From assembly GCA_030390025.1 (NCBI GenBank), contig CM059452.1, forward strand, positions 17,112,001 to 17,176,000: a stretch of 64,000 nucleotides of DNA. The letters run 5' to 3'. This document shows, piece after piece, positions 11,183 to 23,886 of this stretch. Every line of letters begins with the position of its first letter. Position 1 is the stretch's first letter. This stretch comes from Squalus acanthias. Its lineage: Eukaryota. The notes under the pieces were generated by a model. That model saw only the letters and a list, made by a program, of their open reading frames with translations, ran no database searches and had not been told where the DNA came from. The position numbers were made by a program, and so were the translations under genes.

Positions 11183-11218
11183 TACAAGCTTTCGGAGCTG
11201 TCGCCCCTTCCTCAGGTA
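11183..11218 (-). ncRNA. Minimal hammerhead ribozyme motif, antisense copy
   Basis: Exact reverse complement of 11973-12008 in the left PLE arm. Confidence 0.75.
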
Positions 11219-11972
11219 GAGTAGCTGTGAGAGAATCTCCCAGAATTCACAATATAAACACAGAAGAAATGTATTCAAATCTTTCCCTACATCAAAGACA
11301 CACTAAGAGCACAGCCAAGACAATGAGATGTGTCCCAGGGGGTCCAACGTGTCAAAACACCTGCTGGCTGCATATCCTCTGCAGTTGACTTTGGTTCTTG
11401 TGTTAGTTTTCTGTTAAAAAAAGGCTGGAAAGACCGGCCATGATGTCAAGTCACGTTCTGTATCGTGACATGAACCCGATATCGCGATTGAGGCCATCCT
11501 CATGAGTGCGGAACTTGGCTATCAGTTTCTGCTCTATGATTTTGCGCTGTCATGAATCCCGAAGGCCGCCTTGGAGAACGCTTACCCGCAGATCCGAGGC
11601 TGAATGCCGGTAAGCGTTCTCCAAGGCGGCCTTCGGGATACACGACAGCGCAAAATCATAGAGCAGAAACTGATAGCCAAGTTCAGCACTCATGAGGATG
11701 GCCTCAATCGCGATATCGGGTTCATGTCACGATACAGAACGTGACTTGACATCATGGTCGGTCTTTCCAGCCTTTTTTTTTAAACTAACACAAGAACCAA
11801 AGTCAACTGCAGAGGATATGCAGCCAGCAGGTGTTTTGACACGTTGGAACCCCTGGGACACATCTCATTGTCTTGGCTGTGCTCTTAGTGTATCTTTGAT
11901 GTAGGGAAAGATTTGAATACATTTTTTCTGTGTTTATATTGTGAATTCTGGGAGATTCTCTCACAGCTACTC

Positions 11973-12008
11973 TACCTGAGGAAGGGGCGACAGCTCCGAA
12001 AGCTTGTA
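11973..12008 (+). ncRNA. Minimal type I hammerhead ribozyme motif (PLE-associated)
   Basis: TAC-CTGAGGA-A-GGGGC-GACA-GCTCC-GAAA-GCTT-GTA: CUGANGA box, stem II, GAAA box, palindromic AGCU in place of stem III, UH site, and short stem I TAC/GTA. Confidence 0.75.
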
Positions 12009-12998
12009 ATTTGAAATAAATCTGTTGGACTATAACCTGGTGTTGTGCGACTTCTCATTTTTGTCCACCCCAGTACAACGCCGGCATCTCCACATCATGA
12101 TCATTTTTAGAGTAATACATTGAGCTTTTAGTCATTCTTTTAGTTTTTTTGTCATGCATAAATAAAGGAACGATTTGTACATCCAGAGGACCATTTTACT
12201 TTAAAACTGAAGGCATGTTTTCCAATTTCTGGTAGTAATTCGCTTTCAGTTGACAAGGTACGGATACTAGATAAGACTTTCCCACTGTCACTAATGTCAA
12301 TATCGAGCACTTCCGATCAGGTATCTCATGGTAAAACTATAGACTGTCTCACTTTACACTCTTCAAACAATGGTGTCTTGAACCTCAACCTTCACAAGAG
12401 CGCTCCTTCCTAGCCCTGACTGGCAGTTCCTATATTATTTCTAAACACATTCCACTCTCTAAGTGAAACAGCGAAATCGGTCTCAAATGATGCAGAACAT
12501 CTGCAGATTGATGCAGATGCTGATGGCACGTTTCCGTTTATTGGTCGGACCTGGACAAGCTTATTTCAGACCCAACCTTTAGGACTGGAATACAGAGGAC
12601 TTTTAGTCACTTTAGATGAGCTGTATTGGAACCCGCCACATACAGACCACAGGCGCAGCGTTTGGCCTCCAGCATCAGTCAGTCTGATGGGTGAAGATTT
12701 GCAACACGGGAGCGGGGACTATTAGCCCCCATTTAATCCCAGGCAGGGCAATGCTCGAGCTGTGGAATAAATGATCGGAAATTTTATCGAGGACATCATC
12801 CAAAGAAGCCAGAGGGACGAAATCAACGAGAGCAGAAGGGAGGTGTACCATCTTATTAGCTAAGCAAAAATAACCTGAGAAAAGTCATAACTTACTACAG
12901 TAAGTGGAATTTTTTAACATCTCTGTGAGTGTGTTGCATTTGTTGTTACCCGTGGTTTCAACATGACAGTTTGAAATAACCACTCGCTCTTTTTCCAG

Positions 12999-13319
12999 TT
13001 GATTGTCATGAGGCAGACATTTCTGTCAAGATACTGAACCCTCCCTTTGAAGAGATTTGGACCCAACGGACAGCGACCATTGTTTGTGAAGTTGTTTACA
13101 GCGATTTAGAGAACGTCAGCGTGTCCTGGCAAGTGGATGGGAGTCGGAGAACGGATGGAGTCGAGACTCTGACTCCTGAGTGGAGTGGAAGTAAATCCGC
13201 CATCGTTAGCAAACTGAAAGTCACCAGGGCAGAGTGGGAGAGTGGTGTTGAATATCTCTGCTTCGTAGAAGACAGTGAATTGCCAACACCAGTGAAAATC
13301 TCCACCAGAAAAGTAAAGG
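12999..13319 (+). CDS. IgNAR: IgNAR constant exon C4
   Basis: Acceptor ctctttttccag|, donor G|GTAAGC; 321 nt, phase 1/1. Encodes VDCHEADISVKILNPPFEEIWTQRTATIVCEVVYSDLENVSVSWQVDG...EYLCFVEDSELPTPVK; the extra N-terminal Cys is the interchain-linker Cys. Confidence 0.96.
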
Positions 13320-13738
13320 GTAAGCACAGATAATACTCGTCCAGAGACTGATTCGGTGACCAATGGTCGGAACGAATCATCCGGTGTCTACATTAAATGC
13401 TCATATAGTCAATGAAATATAGTCTGGGATCACCTGCCTTTCACCACACGGGTAAAGACTAGCATGAAAAATATAAACGGTTTGTAATTGTTGCGTCCCA
13501 ACAGTGTCAGTGATTTTTAAACATGTGATTGTCTCCAACTCTTTGCAAACTAACATCAGACCACAATAAAAAAACAAGTTAAGAAGACACCCCTGACCAC
13601 GCAGAGAAATGTGTAAACTCTCACAGATAGGAAACAAGTTCAAATGCCCAAGTGTGTACTATTATTAACAGAGGGGAATGGGAAATGAAGATCGGACAAC
13701 AGAGAGACTCAGTTTAACAAATATTCTTCTCTTTGCAG

Positions 13739-14121
13739 TTGGTGAAATGTATCCTCCTAAAGTCTACGTCCTGCCTCCATCGGCGGACGAGATTGACACT
13801 GAGAATACGGCTACCCTGGTGTGTCTAGCCACCGGATTTTACCCTGCCGAGATTTACATCGCTTGGATGGCCAATGACACCCTTTTGGATTCAGCTTACC
13901 CGAGCCAACCGGACACCGAGAAGACAAACGGTTCCAGCTCCATTGGCAGCAGGCTGAGACTGACCGCGGCGGAGTGGAACAGCGGCACCACTTACTCCTG
14001 TTTAGTGGGACACCCGTCCCTCAAAATGAATTTAATCAGAAGTATAAATAAATCTCACGGTAAACCTACTTTAGTGAATATTTCACTTGTTCTAACCGAC
14101 AGTTTTAAATCGTGTACATAA
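13739..14121 (+). CDS. IgNAR: IgNAR constant exon C5 plus secretory tailpiece
   Basis: Acceptor ttcttctctttgcag|. Encodes VGEMYPPKVYVLPPSADEIDTENTATLVCLATGFYP...YSCLVGHPSL...KSH. Internal donor CACG|GTAAAC at 14059/14060 serves TM splicing. Tail GKPTLVNISLVLTDSFKSCT* has an NIS sequon and penultimate Cys, as in IgM/IgA-type tails. Confidence 0.97.
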
Positions 14122-14448
14122 CCCCCCGTGGTTGAGTAACTGATTCCTATCGAAGTGTTACCGCTGTTCTGTTCTTTACTGTTTGAGCATCTGAATCAGC
14201 GAATCTCGCATTTATCCAACCTCACTGTCACCCTCCAGATCAGAGAGCAATTCTTGAGATATTTTGCTAATATATGAAACTATATCAGTCAATGAGGGAT
14301 AAATATGGTTAGAATCAGAAAACCGTGAATAACCTAAGTACCATTTAAAAGAAGTTGCAACATTGTTTTAGATCCATTGAAGGGTTCAGTGACGTTATTG
14401 GACAAATAGGAAATGGCGTTTTAGTCTGTATGTGGCTCCGCTAATTAC

Positions 14449-14454
14449 AATAAA
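14449..14454 (+). promoter_or_regulatory. Polyadenylation signal of the secretory IgNAR transcript
   Basis: First AATAAA after the tail stop codon, followed about 30 nt later by GU/U-rich tttgtttttgtgcgtgttattt. Confidence 0.75.
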
Positions 14455-14759
14455 TGCAGAATGAAAACCTTCTGTCTTCCAGAATCTTTGTTTTTGTGCG
14501 TGTTATTTCCGCAATGATGATTTACAACTTGATCCAGATATATATGGTGTCCTTGTCTAATCTTGGACCTGTGCAGCACTTTTCCATTCCCTCACTTTTT
14601 AGAGACATTACGGGTGATTTGAATCAGACTGTACTAATCCTCACCATTCTTGGCAGCTTCCGGAACTCCTGTGATTTACAATTGGCCAATGAGCTATCTA
14701 CTTGTAGAACGGAGTGAATAAAGGTGGGCGAACATCCAGTCACCCTTTAGAACGCCAAT

Positions 14760-15842
14760 TAATGGCCAAGACTGGTGATTGCCTGGTGTCACGCTTACTT
14801 ATCTAGTGGTAGCCAGAGAATCTCCTGCAAGGGCTTCTCTTCTGGCTCCCTCACCGTTACCTCTGGAGTCTCCAGAGGATCTATCCTTGGTGCCCTCCTC
14901 TTTCTCATCTACATGCAGCCACTCGGTGACATCATCCGAAATCAGATTCCACATGTACGCTGAAGACACCCAGCTCTTCCTCACCATCACCTCTCTCAAT
15001 CCTTGCACTGCCTCTGATTTGTGACGCTGTTTGTCCGGCATCTCGAATTGGATGAGCAGAAATTTCCTCTAATTAAATATTGGGAAGACCGGAGCCATGT
15101 TCTTCGAACCGCGCCACAAACTCCATTTCCCAGCCACCAACTCCATCCTACTCCCATTTACTACAATTTTATGAGGCTGAGCCAGACTGTTTGTATCCTT
15201 GGCATCATAACTGACCCTGATCTGAACTTCCGACCATATATCCACTCCGTCACCATGACCACCTACTTCCACCTCAGTAATAGCGCCTGTCTGTGTCCCG
15301 TGTCGCAGCTCACCTACTGCTCAAACACTGTGTGACGTCCAGACTCGACTATTCCAATGTTCTCCTGGCTGGCCTCCCATCTTTTACCCTCTGTAAGCTT
15401 GAGCTCATCTAAAACTATGCTGCCCATAGCCTAAATCGCAACAAGTCCAATTCAGACATCACCCATCTGCTCGCTGACCTACATTGTCTCCTGGTCCGTC
15501 AACGCGTCAGTGGTAGAATTCTTATCCTTGTTTTCACATCCCTCCATGGCCTCGCCCCTCCGTATCTCTGTAAGCTCCGCCAGTCCTAATATCCTCAGAT
15601 ATCCTTGTGTTCCTCCAATTCTGGCCTTTTGTGGATCCCTGACATCCATCACATACCATTGGCATGCGCGCCTTCAGCTGCCTCCTCACAGCCTACCTCT
15701 TTGACCAAGCTTTTGGTCATCTGCTATAACATCTCCTTATTTGGCTTGGTGTCAAATGATGTTTGATGACGCTCCTGTGAAGCGCCTTGGGACGATTTGC
15801 ACCGTTAAAGATGCTCTATCAATGCAACTTGATGTTGTTGTA
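14760..15842 (+). mobile_element. Decayed L2-clade LINE, 3' part
   Basis: RT motifs GVSRGSILGALLFLIYMQPL and HMYAEDTQL; tail gttaaagatgctctatcaatgcaacttgatgttgttgt. Confidence 0.88.
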
Positions 15843-15922
15843 TTGGACTATCAATCTGCAGTTTCCAATGGTTTCATTTCCAAGGTATGTCTGGACTTTG
15901 GAAGTATCCTGTTATCAATTTA

Positions 15923-16357
15923 GTGTCAGCTTGGTTCATTGGCAGCTGCCTGGCTTCTGAATCAGAAGGTTCTGAGTTCAAGCTCCTCTCCAGGACTTCG
16001 ACCCACAATCATGGCTGACAATCCAGTGCAACGATCACGGGGTTGCTCCATTGTCAAAGGTGCGCAGTTCCGGAAGGGAAACTTCTCCCAGGCCTCGTCT
16101 AACTGTTCAGTTGGATGTTAAAGATCCAATGGGAGTACTGAAGGAGCAGCGAGCTCTCCTGGAGTCTGACCCTATGTTCTGTTACTTGTTAGACTAACTT
16201 CCCATTTACCTCAGTACTGCTTTTCGGGCCTTGCTCTGTGTAAATTGTCTGTGGAGTTGTTGATCAAACACTTTAAACAGTAACTATTTGGCTGTGAAGC
16301 TTTTGGGACCTCCTGAAGCCCTGAAAGGCGATCTATGAAGTGGAATCTGCCTTCTTA
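15923..16357 (+). mobile_element. tRNA-derived Deu-type SINE (SacSINE1-like), decayed
   Basis: A/B-box-like head (tcagcttggttcattggcag...gaaggttctgagttcaagc), central domain, and L2-like tail (tttgggacctcctgaag...aaaggcgatctatg). Confidence 0.65.
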
Positions 16358-16699
16358 TCATGATCAGTTAAATGACAGGTCAGGGAGAAGCACAGATTCG
16401 GCCTGCTTATCCAATGGGAAGCTGAGCCGCATAGACCAAGAATATTCTAAGCGGATCTAAGTGAGTCAGCTGATCCGATCCTGACCTCAATGGTGGCGCT
16501 GCATTTTCTTCCCAAGGGTAAAATAAGCCGTTATTTAGTGTGTTCTCTTGCAACTACATAAGCATAGGCCCGTGCACATAGAACCCCCACATTCTGAACT
16601 CTTGTGGAATCAATAACACAGCGTATCATATGGTGGCTCGAATATTCAGCAATATAACCACAGTATGTGCATTTTTCCCGTGCTTTATGGCGATGGGAG

Positions 16700-17436
16700 T
16701 CTACCAGCAATTTGCGGGGGGTTATAACAGCAAACTGTCAGCGTTCGCCGGCAGCACCGCTCTGAAACTGACCGTAGAATCAGGATTTAGCACATGCGCA
16801 TCTAAACGTGGAAATGCTGAAGTTGTGGTCAGTCATTCACTGCTCGGACACTGGCTGCGCTGAAGAGCTCCCCAAAGCAAGCAATTCGTGTAATCAGTGA
16901 AACTGACAAAAATGATGACCTTTTCCACGGTAATATCGCATTTACGCACCACATTAAATGTTAAACCTTTTTGGAATATGTGTAACTGGGGGTTTAATAG
17001 ATTATTGACTGCTAAACAGCCGTTCTGACCCTGAAAAAGTATTTTTTTTTACATTTGTGGAGTGTCACATTTCTACATTATGATAAAAATGACACGTTTT
17101 TAAAAACGTTTTAAAAATTTAAAGATTTGTCATGATATTTCAGCTTCTACCTTATCCCCATCTGAGACTGCCAATCTTTATTTCGGTCTCTGTAACATAT
17201 TTACAAAAATCCGGATAAAAGCAGCTTCTCATTTCCTGTTTGCTGACTGTGAGATTTCTTCAATGTGATTGGCTGCTCAGACACATTGTTGACGTCACTG
17301 CTACAGCGTTTCACTTGTGATCCGCTATTCACGACACTGCAATCAAATGCAGGGCGAAAAAGGCAAACTTCTCACAGCTTTCTTCGGAGCTAACAGCGAA
17401 CACATTGGCTTCGCTGCTGACCGCAATTTACGGGCC
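16700..17436. mobile_element. Decayed MITE-like non-autonomous element
   Basis: Right end CCGCAATTTACGGGCC resembles the TIR of 32939-33683; GC-rich ends and an AT-rich centre. The left TIR is degenerate. Confidence 0.4.
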
Positions 17437-18232
17437 ATTAATAACAATCGATAAAGCAGAGAATTGTAGAAGTGATATATCTCGTCAGTAATCCGAAACC
17501 TAACAGTATGGGAGCGCCAGCATCGTGAGTCACAACTAGATGTAATGACAGTGAGGCGGGTCTAACGCTCTGTGTAGATGATAGTGTAAAATAGTGCCAC
17601 GTCAACCGATGGAAATCCTATCACAAAACTTGTGTGTATTTGCGAGTAACCTTTTATTACTAAATATCAATGTGTTTCCACAGTCCATCATAAACTGCGC
17701 TGATCAGCCACAGTTGAATCTATAGCCCGAAATGTGACACGGTCCCCATTTTACGGACGGTCTCTTATATCAGTTTAGCAGGTGAACCGCAAGGGATTTA
17801 ATCCTATAATCACTCCACTCTTCTGTTTAGAGTGGCGTCGAGTTTCACTATTTTAAATAGATTTTCATTAATTTTTGTTGTTATCAGCTGCCAAAAGAAA
17901 AAAAATACATTAATCAAACGCGCTTGTCAGCGTCATGAAGCTTTAAGGTAAAAAGGTTGGTTATATGTGCGGTATAAACTCAATCCTCCGTCCTGTGTAC
18001 TCTGTCTGACCGCGACTGTCACCACACAACAAGCATCTCCTCAGTCTCCTGAAAATCACTTTCATCCACATCGAGCTGGTTAATGAATGAACTACATGTT
18101 CACGTTCTATAAGTTCAACTTCTGACGCACCATGTCCGAGCGTCTGCCGGTTTCGTGCTATTACATCGCCTTTGTGTCTATTCTGTTTTCAACATGAACA
18201 CATTTATAACAATATCCATCTATTGATTCCAG

Positions 18233-18390
18233 AAACTCCACCAATAAGAGAAGATCCAGATGACCACGAGGTCGAGGAAGGAGGATTAGAAAACTTAGAT
18301 GAGGATGCCGGCACTACAGCAACAGTGATCGCTCTCGTGATCCTGTTTATTCTCAGTATCCTGTACAGCACATTTGTAACCGTCATTAAG
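18233..18390 (+). CDS. IgNAR: IgNAR transmembrane exon TM1
   Basis: Acceptor ttgattccag|, phase-0 donor AAG|GTAATG. Acidic spacer ETPPIREDPDDHEVEEGGLENLDED, then TM helix TVIALVILFILSILYSTFVTVIK with the antigen-receptor F..S..YST..T (CART) motif. Confidence 0.93.
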
Positions 18391-19254
18391 GTAATGCCGA
18401 CCTTCAATAGCACAGTGACACTGTAAAAATTCATTTGAAACTTGAGTTTATTCTTTAGATATAGTTAAGGTGCTAATGATGAACTAAATACTCCAATATC
18501 AGCATTAATCCTATCGTCCCCACAGTATCAGATTGTACTTCATTATTCGTTCCCATGTGATTAACTGTCACATTTAATAAGCCTGCTGAATATGATGACT
18601 TAACAGAGGAAGGCATGCATATGAGTATTAATGGGACATATAAGAGCATATATATATATATTTCAAAAATGGAATGTATTACTTTGCTCCTAGATTGTGG
18701 GTCGGTAGAAGCACAGTGAAAAGGACAGCGATTTATCAAATGATTACGAGTAATAACCCATACATTTTTAGCGACATGGTGATAAACAAGTTTCCTGGGA
18801 ATAGTGAGCATAACAGGTTTGAGGGAGAGAGAGAGAGAGAAATATTCTGCACGTAAACCTGGATCACTGTGAAGATACGAGGAAAGCAATAACTACGGAA
18901 GGATGGGCGAACATTTCAGTTGGTAAATCGATGAACAAATAGTGCAATTTATTCAAGAAGCTGATCAGCGCACACAAAAGTACACAATCCGCAAAATAGA
19001 AATTCTAATTGAATGAGTAAATTATGTTGAAAGAGAACAGTTAGGGCCAGGATTAAACCAAAGCGGGAAGGTTATGTCAAGGCGAAGAAAATGGTAAGTT
19101 TGACAGCTGGGAGTATTGTAAAAAACATAGTGACAAGACATAATGAAATTAAAAAATGCAACGTTCGGTACGAAACAATTATAGGGACATGAAGGATAAC
19201 ATCAAATGTTTTACAGGTACATAAAGAGAAAGAGAACGTGCAGATGAGGTTGTT

Positions 19255-21685
19255 GCATAGGAACATGGGAAGGCCATTCAGCTGCACGGGCCTGATCCGC
19301 CGCTCAGTTAGACCATGGCTGATCTGTAACGTACCTAATGATAAACACCTTGGTTTCACGTCTTGTAATAAAATTACCTAACATAAATCTATCAATCTCA
19401 GTTTTGAAATGTTCAATTGACCCCCAGCCTCAACAGCTTTTTGGGGTAGAAAGTTCCAGATTTCCCGTACCCTTTGTGTGGTGAAGTGCTTCCTGACATC
19501 GCCCTGAACGGACCAGCTCTGATGTTATCTTCATTCCACCTTGTTCTGGTGTCGCCCGTCAGTGGAATTAGTTTCTCTCTATCTACCCTTTAAATCCCTT
19601 TACTCACCAGAAACACCTAAATCACCCCTTAATCTTCTCTATCCAACGGAACACAACGTTAATCTAAGGAACATGCCCTTCTAATTTTAACCCTTTTAGT
19701 ACCGGTATCATTCTGGTGAATCTGCTCTGCACCCTCTCCACGGCCAATATATCCTCCTGAGCTGCGGTGCTCAGAACTGACCGCTGGAACCGGAGCTTTA
19801 GACAACTACAGCATAACTTCCACCCCTTTGTATGCCAGCCCCACTGAGATAAAGGCTAATATTTAGAAAGACACGGATTATTCAAGGTTGGCCAGCACTG
19901 ATTTGTCAAGGGAAGGTCGTGTCTGACAAACTTGATTGAATTTTTTGAGGAGGTAACAAGGAGGGTGGATGAGGGTAGTACGGTTAATGTTGTGTATATG
20001 GACTTTAGCAAGGCTTTTGATAAGGTTTCACATGGCAGACTGGCCACGAAGTGAAAAGCCCATGGGATCCAGGGCAAAGAGTCAAGTTGGATTCAAAACT
20101 GGCTCGGAGGCAGGAAACAGAGGGTAATGATTGATGGGTGCTTGTTGTGATTGGAAGGCTGTTTCCAGTGGGGTTCCGCAGCGCTCAGTACTAGGTCACT
20201 TGCTTTTTCTGGTATATATCAATGATCGAGACTTGAATATAGGGGGTATGATTAAGAAGTTTTCAGATGATACTAAAATCGGTTGTGTGGTTGATACTGA
20301 AGAAGGAAGCTGTAGACTGCAGGAAGATATGAATAAATTGGTCAGGTGAGCAGAACAGCGGCAAATGGAATTCAATCCGGCGAAGTGTGAATTAATGCAT
20401 TTGGGGAGGGCTAACAAGGAAAGGGAATACACATTAAATGGTAGGACATTGAGTAATGTAGAGGAACAAAGGGACCTTGGAGAGCATGTCCACAGATCAC
20501 TGAAGGTAGCAGGACAGGTTGATAAGGTGGTGAAGAAGGCATACGGAATGCTTGCCTTTATTAGCCGTGGCATAGAATACAAGCGCAGGGGGTTTATGAT
20601 TCAACTGTATGAAACATTAGTTAGACCTCAGCTAGAGTACTGCGTGCTGTTCTGGTCACCACATTACAGGAAAGATGTGATTGCACGAGAGAGGGTACAG
20701 AGGAGATTTACAAGGATGTTGCCGGGAATAGAGAATCTTAGCTATGAGGAAAGACTGGATAGGCTGGGTCTGTTTTCCTTGGAACAAAGGAGGCTGAGGG
20801 GAGACGTTATTGAGTTGTATAATACGATGAGGTGTATAGATAAAGTGGATAGAAAGGACCTAATTACCGTAGCAGAGGGATCAAAAACCAGAGGGCACAG
20901 ATTGAAAGTAATTTGTGGAAGGTTTAGAGGGGATTTGAGAGGAAATTTCTTCACCCAGAAGGTTGTGCGGATCTGGAACTCACTGCCTGAAAGGGTGGTA
21001 GAGGCAGGAACCCTAACCACATTTAAAAAGTACTTGGATGTGCAATTGGGATGCTCTAACCTGCAGGGCAACGGACCAAGAGCTGGGAAGTGGGATTAGG
21101 CTGGATAGCTCTTTGTTGGCCGGCGCGGACACGATGGGCCGAAATGGCCTCCTTCCGTGCTGTAACTTTCTATGATTCTATGATTTCATTAGTGCATTTA
21201 ATTATCTTTTGTGCCTGTCCACTAGCTTTCAGTGATCTCTGTAATTGGATCCCTGAACCTCTCTGCTCCTCCGCAGTTCCCAACTTCTCGCCATTTACAA
21301 TAAAACTCTGATCTAATTTCCTTAGCTTCAAACTGGATGACCTCACACTTTCCAACACGGAACTTCATCTGCCATAGTTTTCCCCACTCATTGAAGCAAT
21401 CAAATTCCCTTTGCAACTTTCTGTTCCCACCGACACTACTTACTCTGCCACCTATAATAGTGCGTCAGCCATCTTGGATATACGGCTCTCGAATCCGTCA
21501 TCTAAGTCGTTGAAAAATATAGTGAAACACTGCGGTCGCAATGCAAATCCCTGGGGGACACCACTCGCCACAATCTGCCAAATGGAGCACATTCCCATTA
21601 TTCCTACTCCCTGTCTCTGACCTCCTTTCCCATTCCCCATCCAAGTCAATAGGTTGCCTCCAATTCTATGCACTCTCATTTTCAT
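19255..21685 (-). mobile_element. Older minus-strand CR1 split by a younger plus-strand CR1
   Basis: Minus-strand CR1 3' end at 19255-19855 and RT part at 21186-21685 (ASGVPQGFALRPQCF, WQMKFRVGKCEVI). Confidence 0.8.
19856..21185 (+). mobile_element. 5'-truncated CR1 LINE
   Basis: ORFs 20131-20349 (SGVPQRSVLG...FSDDTK) and 20365-21099 (ends LQGNGPRAGKWD*); tail (TTCTATGA)n. Confidence 0.93.
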
Positions 21686-23214
21686 TTAAAGAAGATTGAG
21701 GTTCGACAATAATGGAGGATAAGGACAACGAAAAACAAAAACCAAAGTATATGTTGCTACAGCTTTCAAATGAAAATGGACAACACATAACCTAAAGCTA
21801 CTTGGAGCACTATTTATTAGAAATTGCATTTAATGCCAAAACAACACGACCAAAGATGAACTATTGGAATTGAAACCAGTCAAAATCTACAGACGAAGAC
21901 GGGTTTACCCGAACGCATTAAAATATCTAGATCTGTGCACTGGCTATTTATTAGTTACAGCTTCCCGAGGATCGCTGGATGCAGGAGTCATTTCAGGGAA
22001 GAGAGAGACAGTAACCGTTGCACTTTTAGTCAAAAATACATCTAACTAATGGCCAGTGAGGAACTTTGAGCAAGGACATTGAGCACTGGGAAAGGATAAG
22101 CTGATTAAGAAGAGTCACCAAGGCTTTATGAATCTAACCTGATAGAGTTTTCTCTTAGAGCCACTGCAGTGGCCGACATGGAGAGTTTGTGAATGTCAGA
22201 AACATGGATTTCCATGAGACAATAATTAATATTTCCGACAGATATTACTGAAAAGGTTAAAGCACGTGGAACTGACAACAACCTCGTGTGATTGATAGGA
22301 ACATGGATTTATTTGTAGGAGTTAGAAAATTGGGATAGATAAGGGCATTTCTAACTCTTACAAAGCAAACCAATTCGAAATTTGTGGAATCATGAGCGCC
22401 ATCTCTGGGGAATCTGGAGGAACCCGACCACCAATAATCTAGCACGGCATAATAATTTTATTGTTAGATATTTAATATATGAAAAATCGTACGATTTTCT
22501 GCAGTTCCTGTATGAGCTATTTTTAAATGTTCAATTTCGATGCCCACCTTAATAACTGAAACTACCTATGTAAACTGGGGAGGCTGAAATGACACCCTTC
22601 AGTCATTGGATATTCTATATGTCTCGTCTCTCACGGATACTCAGCCTAAACTGCAGATAAACACCAAACAATCATAGATCTCTGCTCCTCAAATTGTTGT
22701 TAGTTCGTTTCAATCTAACTATGAATAATATGACATAATATCAAAGTATTATAGAAACCCAAGGAAAGTCTGTATGCATTAGAATGGAGACTGGAATGTA
22801 TTAGCGGGCTTTTGTCCAATTATCCCTGTCGTTTAGAATAGATGCTTAACTCATAGATTACATTTCAGTTTAACTTCTTCTGTGCAATGCGATTGCAGTG
22901 TAACAACTGCATACAGAGAGAGATATCAAATTAGGAACAATTACGCCAAAAAATGTGAATTGTANNNNNNNNNNNNNNNNNNNNNNNNNNNNNNNNNNNN
23001 NNNNNNNNNNNNNNNNNNNNNNNNNNNNNNNNNNNNNNNNNNNNNNNNNNNNNNNNNNNNNNNNNNNNNNNNNNNNNNNNNNNNNNNNNNNNNNNNNNNN
23101 NNNNNNNNNNNNNNNNNNNNNNNNNNNNNNNNNNNNNNNNNNNNNNNNNNNNNNNNNNNNNNNNNNNNNNNNNNNNNNNNNNNNNNNNNNNNNTTTTAAT
23201 TGATAATTTGTCAT

Positions 23215-23366
23215 TTAATCTCTCCTGCCTTCCACCCTATCACAGGCCTTTCCTTTGTGCTTTCCTCCCCTCCTCCCTTTCCCTGTCCCAGACTTGCTTA
23301 AAAATCAGTTACTTCTCCAATTTTGCCAGTTCTGACTATGGGTCATCGACCTGAAACGTTAACTTT
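23215..23366 (+). mobile_element. PLE-type pLTR remnant with degenerate hammerhead motif (23328-23364)
   Basis: AGTT-CTGACTA-TG-GGTC-ATC-GACC-T-GAAA-CGTT-AACT, preceded by a pyrimidine-rich tract next to the N gap 22965-23193. Confidence 0.55.
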
Positions 23367-23886
23367 GTAGGTTTTGCAATTGAGCTATAATACTGCTATG
23401 TAAAATCAAAGTATTATCTGAAACTTAGGACACAGTGCATGACGTTAAAATAGGAAATGAATGCACTTACTCATAATGTGAGAAGTATACATCTAAACAC
23501 TTCACCGGAAGATTAAGGTGCAGGTGGGATTATATACAAGATTACTGGGAATGCAAACCAACGGAGTACAATAGACTGTGAACAGGCCAGCATATTGCAA
23601 AAGAAGATATATGCATTAAGCATTGTGGATAGATGTATGACTGATCCTGTTCACTGCAACAACGTGTGAGGTTGACACTTTGCGTCTAAGAATGGTAGTT
23701 GGGAATAATGTGCAAATGGCGAAGTTCTGGGGAGACATACATGAAAAGCAATGTCGTTGTCCACGTCAATATGTCACTGAAAGCTAACGGGTGATGAAAA
23801 GGACTAATGGGTTTCCGGGTTTCAGATCAAGAGGTACGGAATAAACAGCAAGTTAAACAAAGAGCCAATCACACCTCTTTTGGAAT

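Larger units (their letters stand above)
11126..12099. mobile_element. Penelope-like element (PLE) insertion with inverted 3'/pLTR arms
   Basis: Arms 11126-11586 and 11609-12065 are near-perfect reverse complements around a 22-nt spacer. The + arm encodes VSVLQGGLRDTRQRKIIEQKLIAKFSTHEDGLNRDIGFMSRYRT*, the GIY-YIG endonuclease C-terminus (R..E..I...GLN). TSD ATCATTTTTAGA at 11116-11127 and 12100-12111. Confidence 0.9.

Noticed and set aside
14047-14052. AATAAA in C5
   Set aside because: It lies inside coding sequence, upstream of the tailpiece stop.
18451-18464. Proximal TM2 candidate ttctttag|ATA TAG
   Set aside because: It would give K-I-stop through a 68-nt intron and lacks the conserved K-V junction. 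Less favoured than 26770 but not excluded.
21541-21548. Octamer ATGCAAAT (another ATTTGCAT at 41163)
   Set aside because: Both are isolated, with no supporting motif cluster; the first is inside a CR1 remnant.
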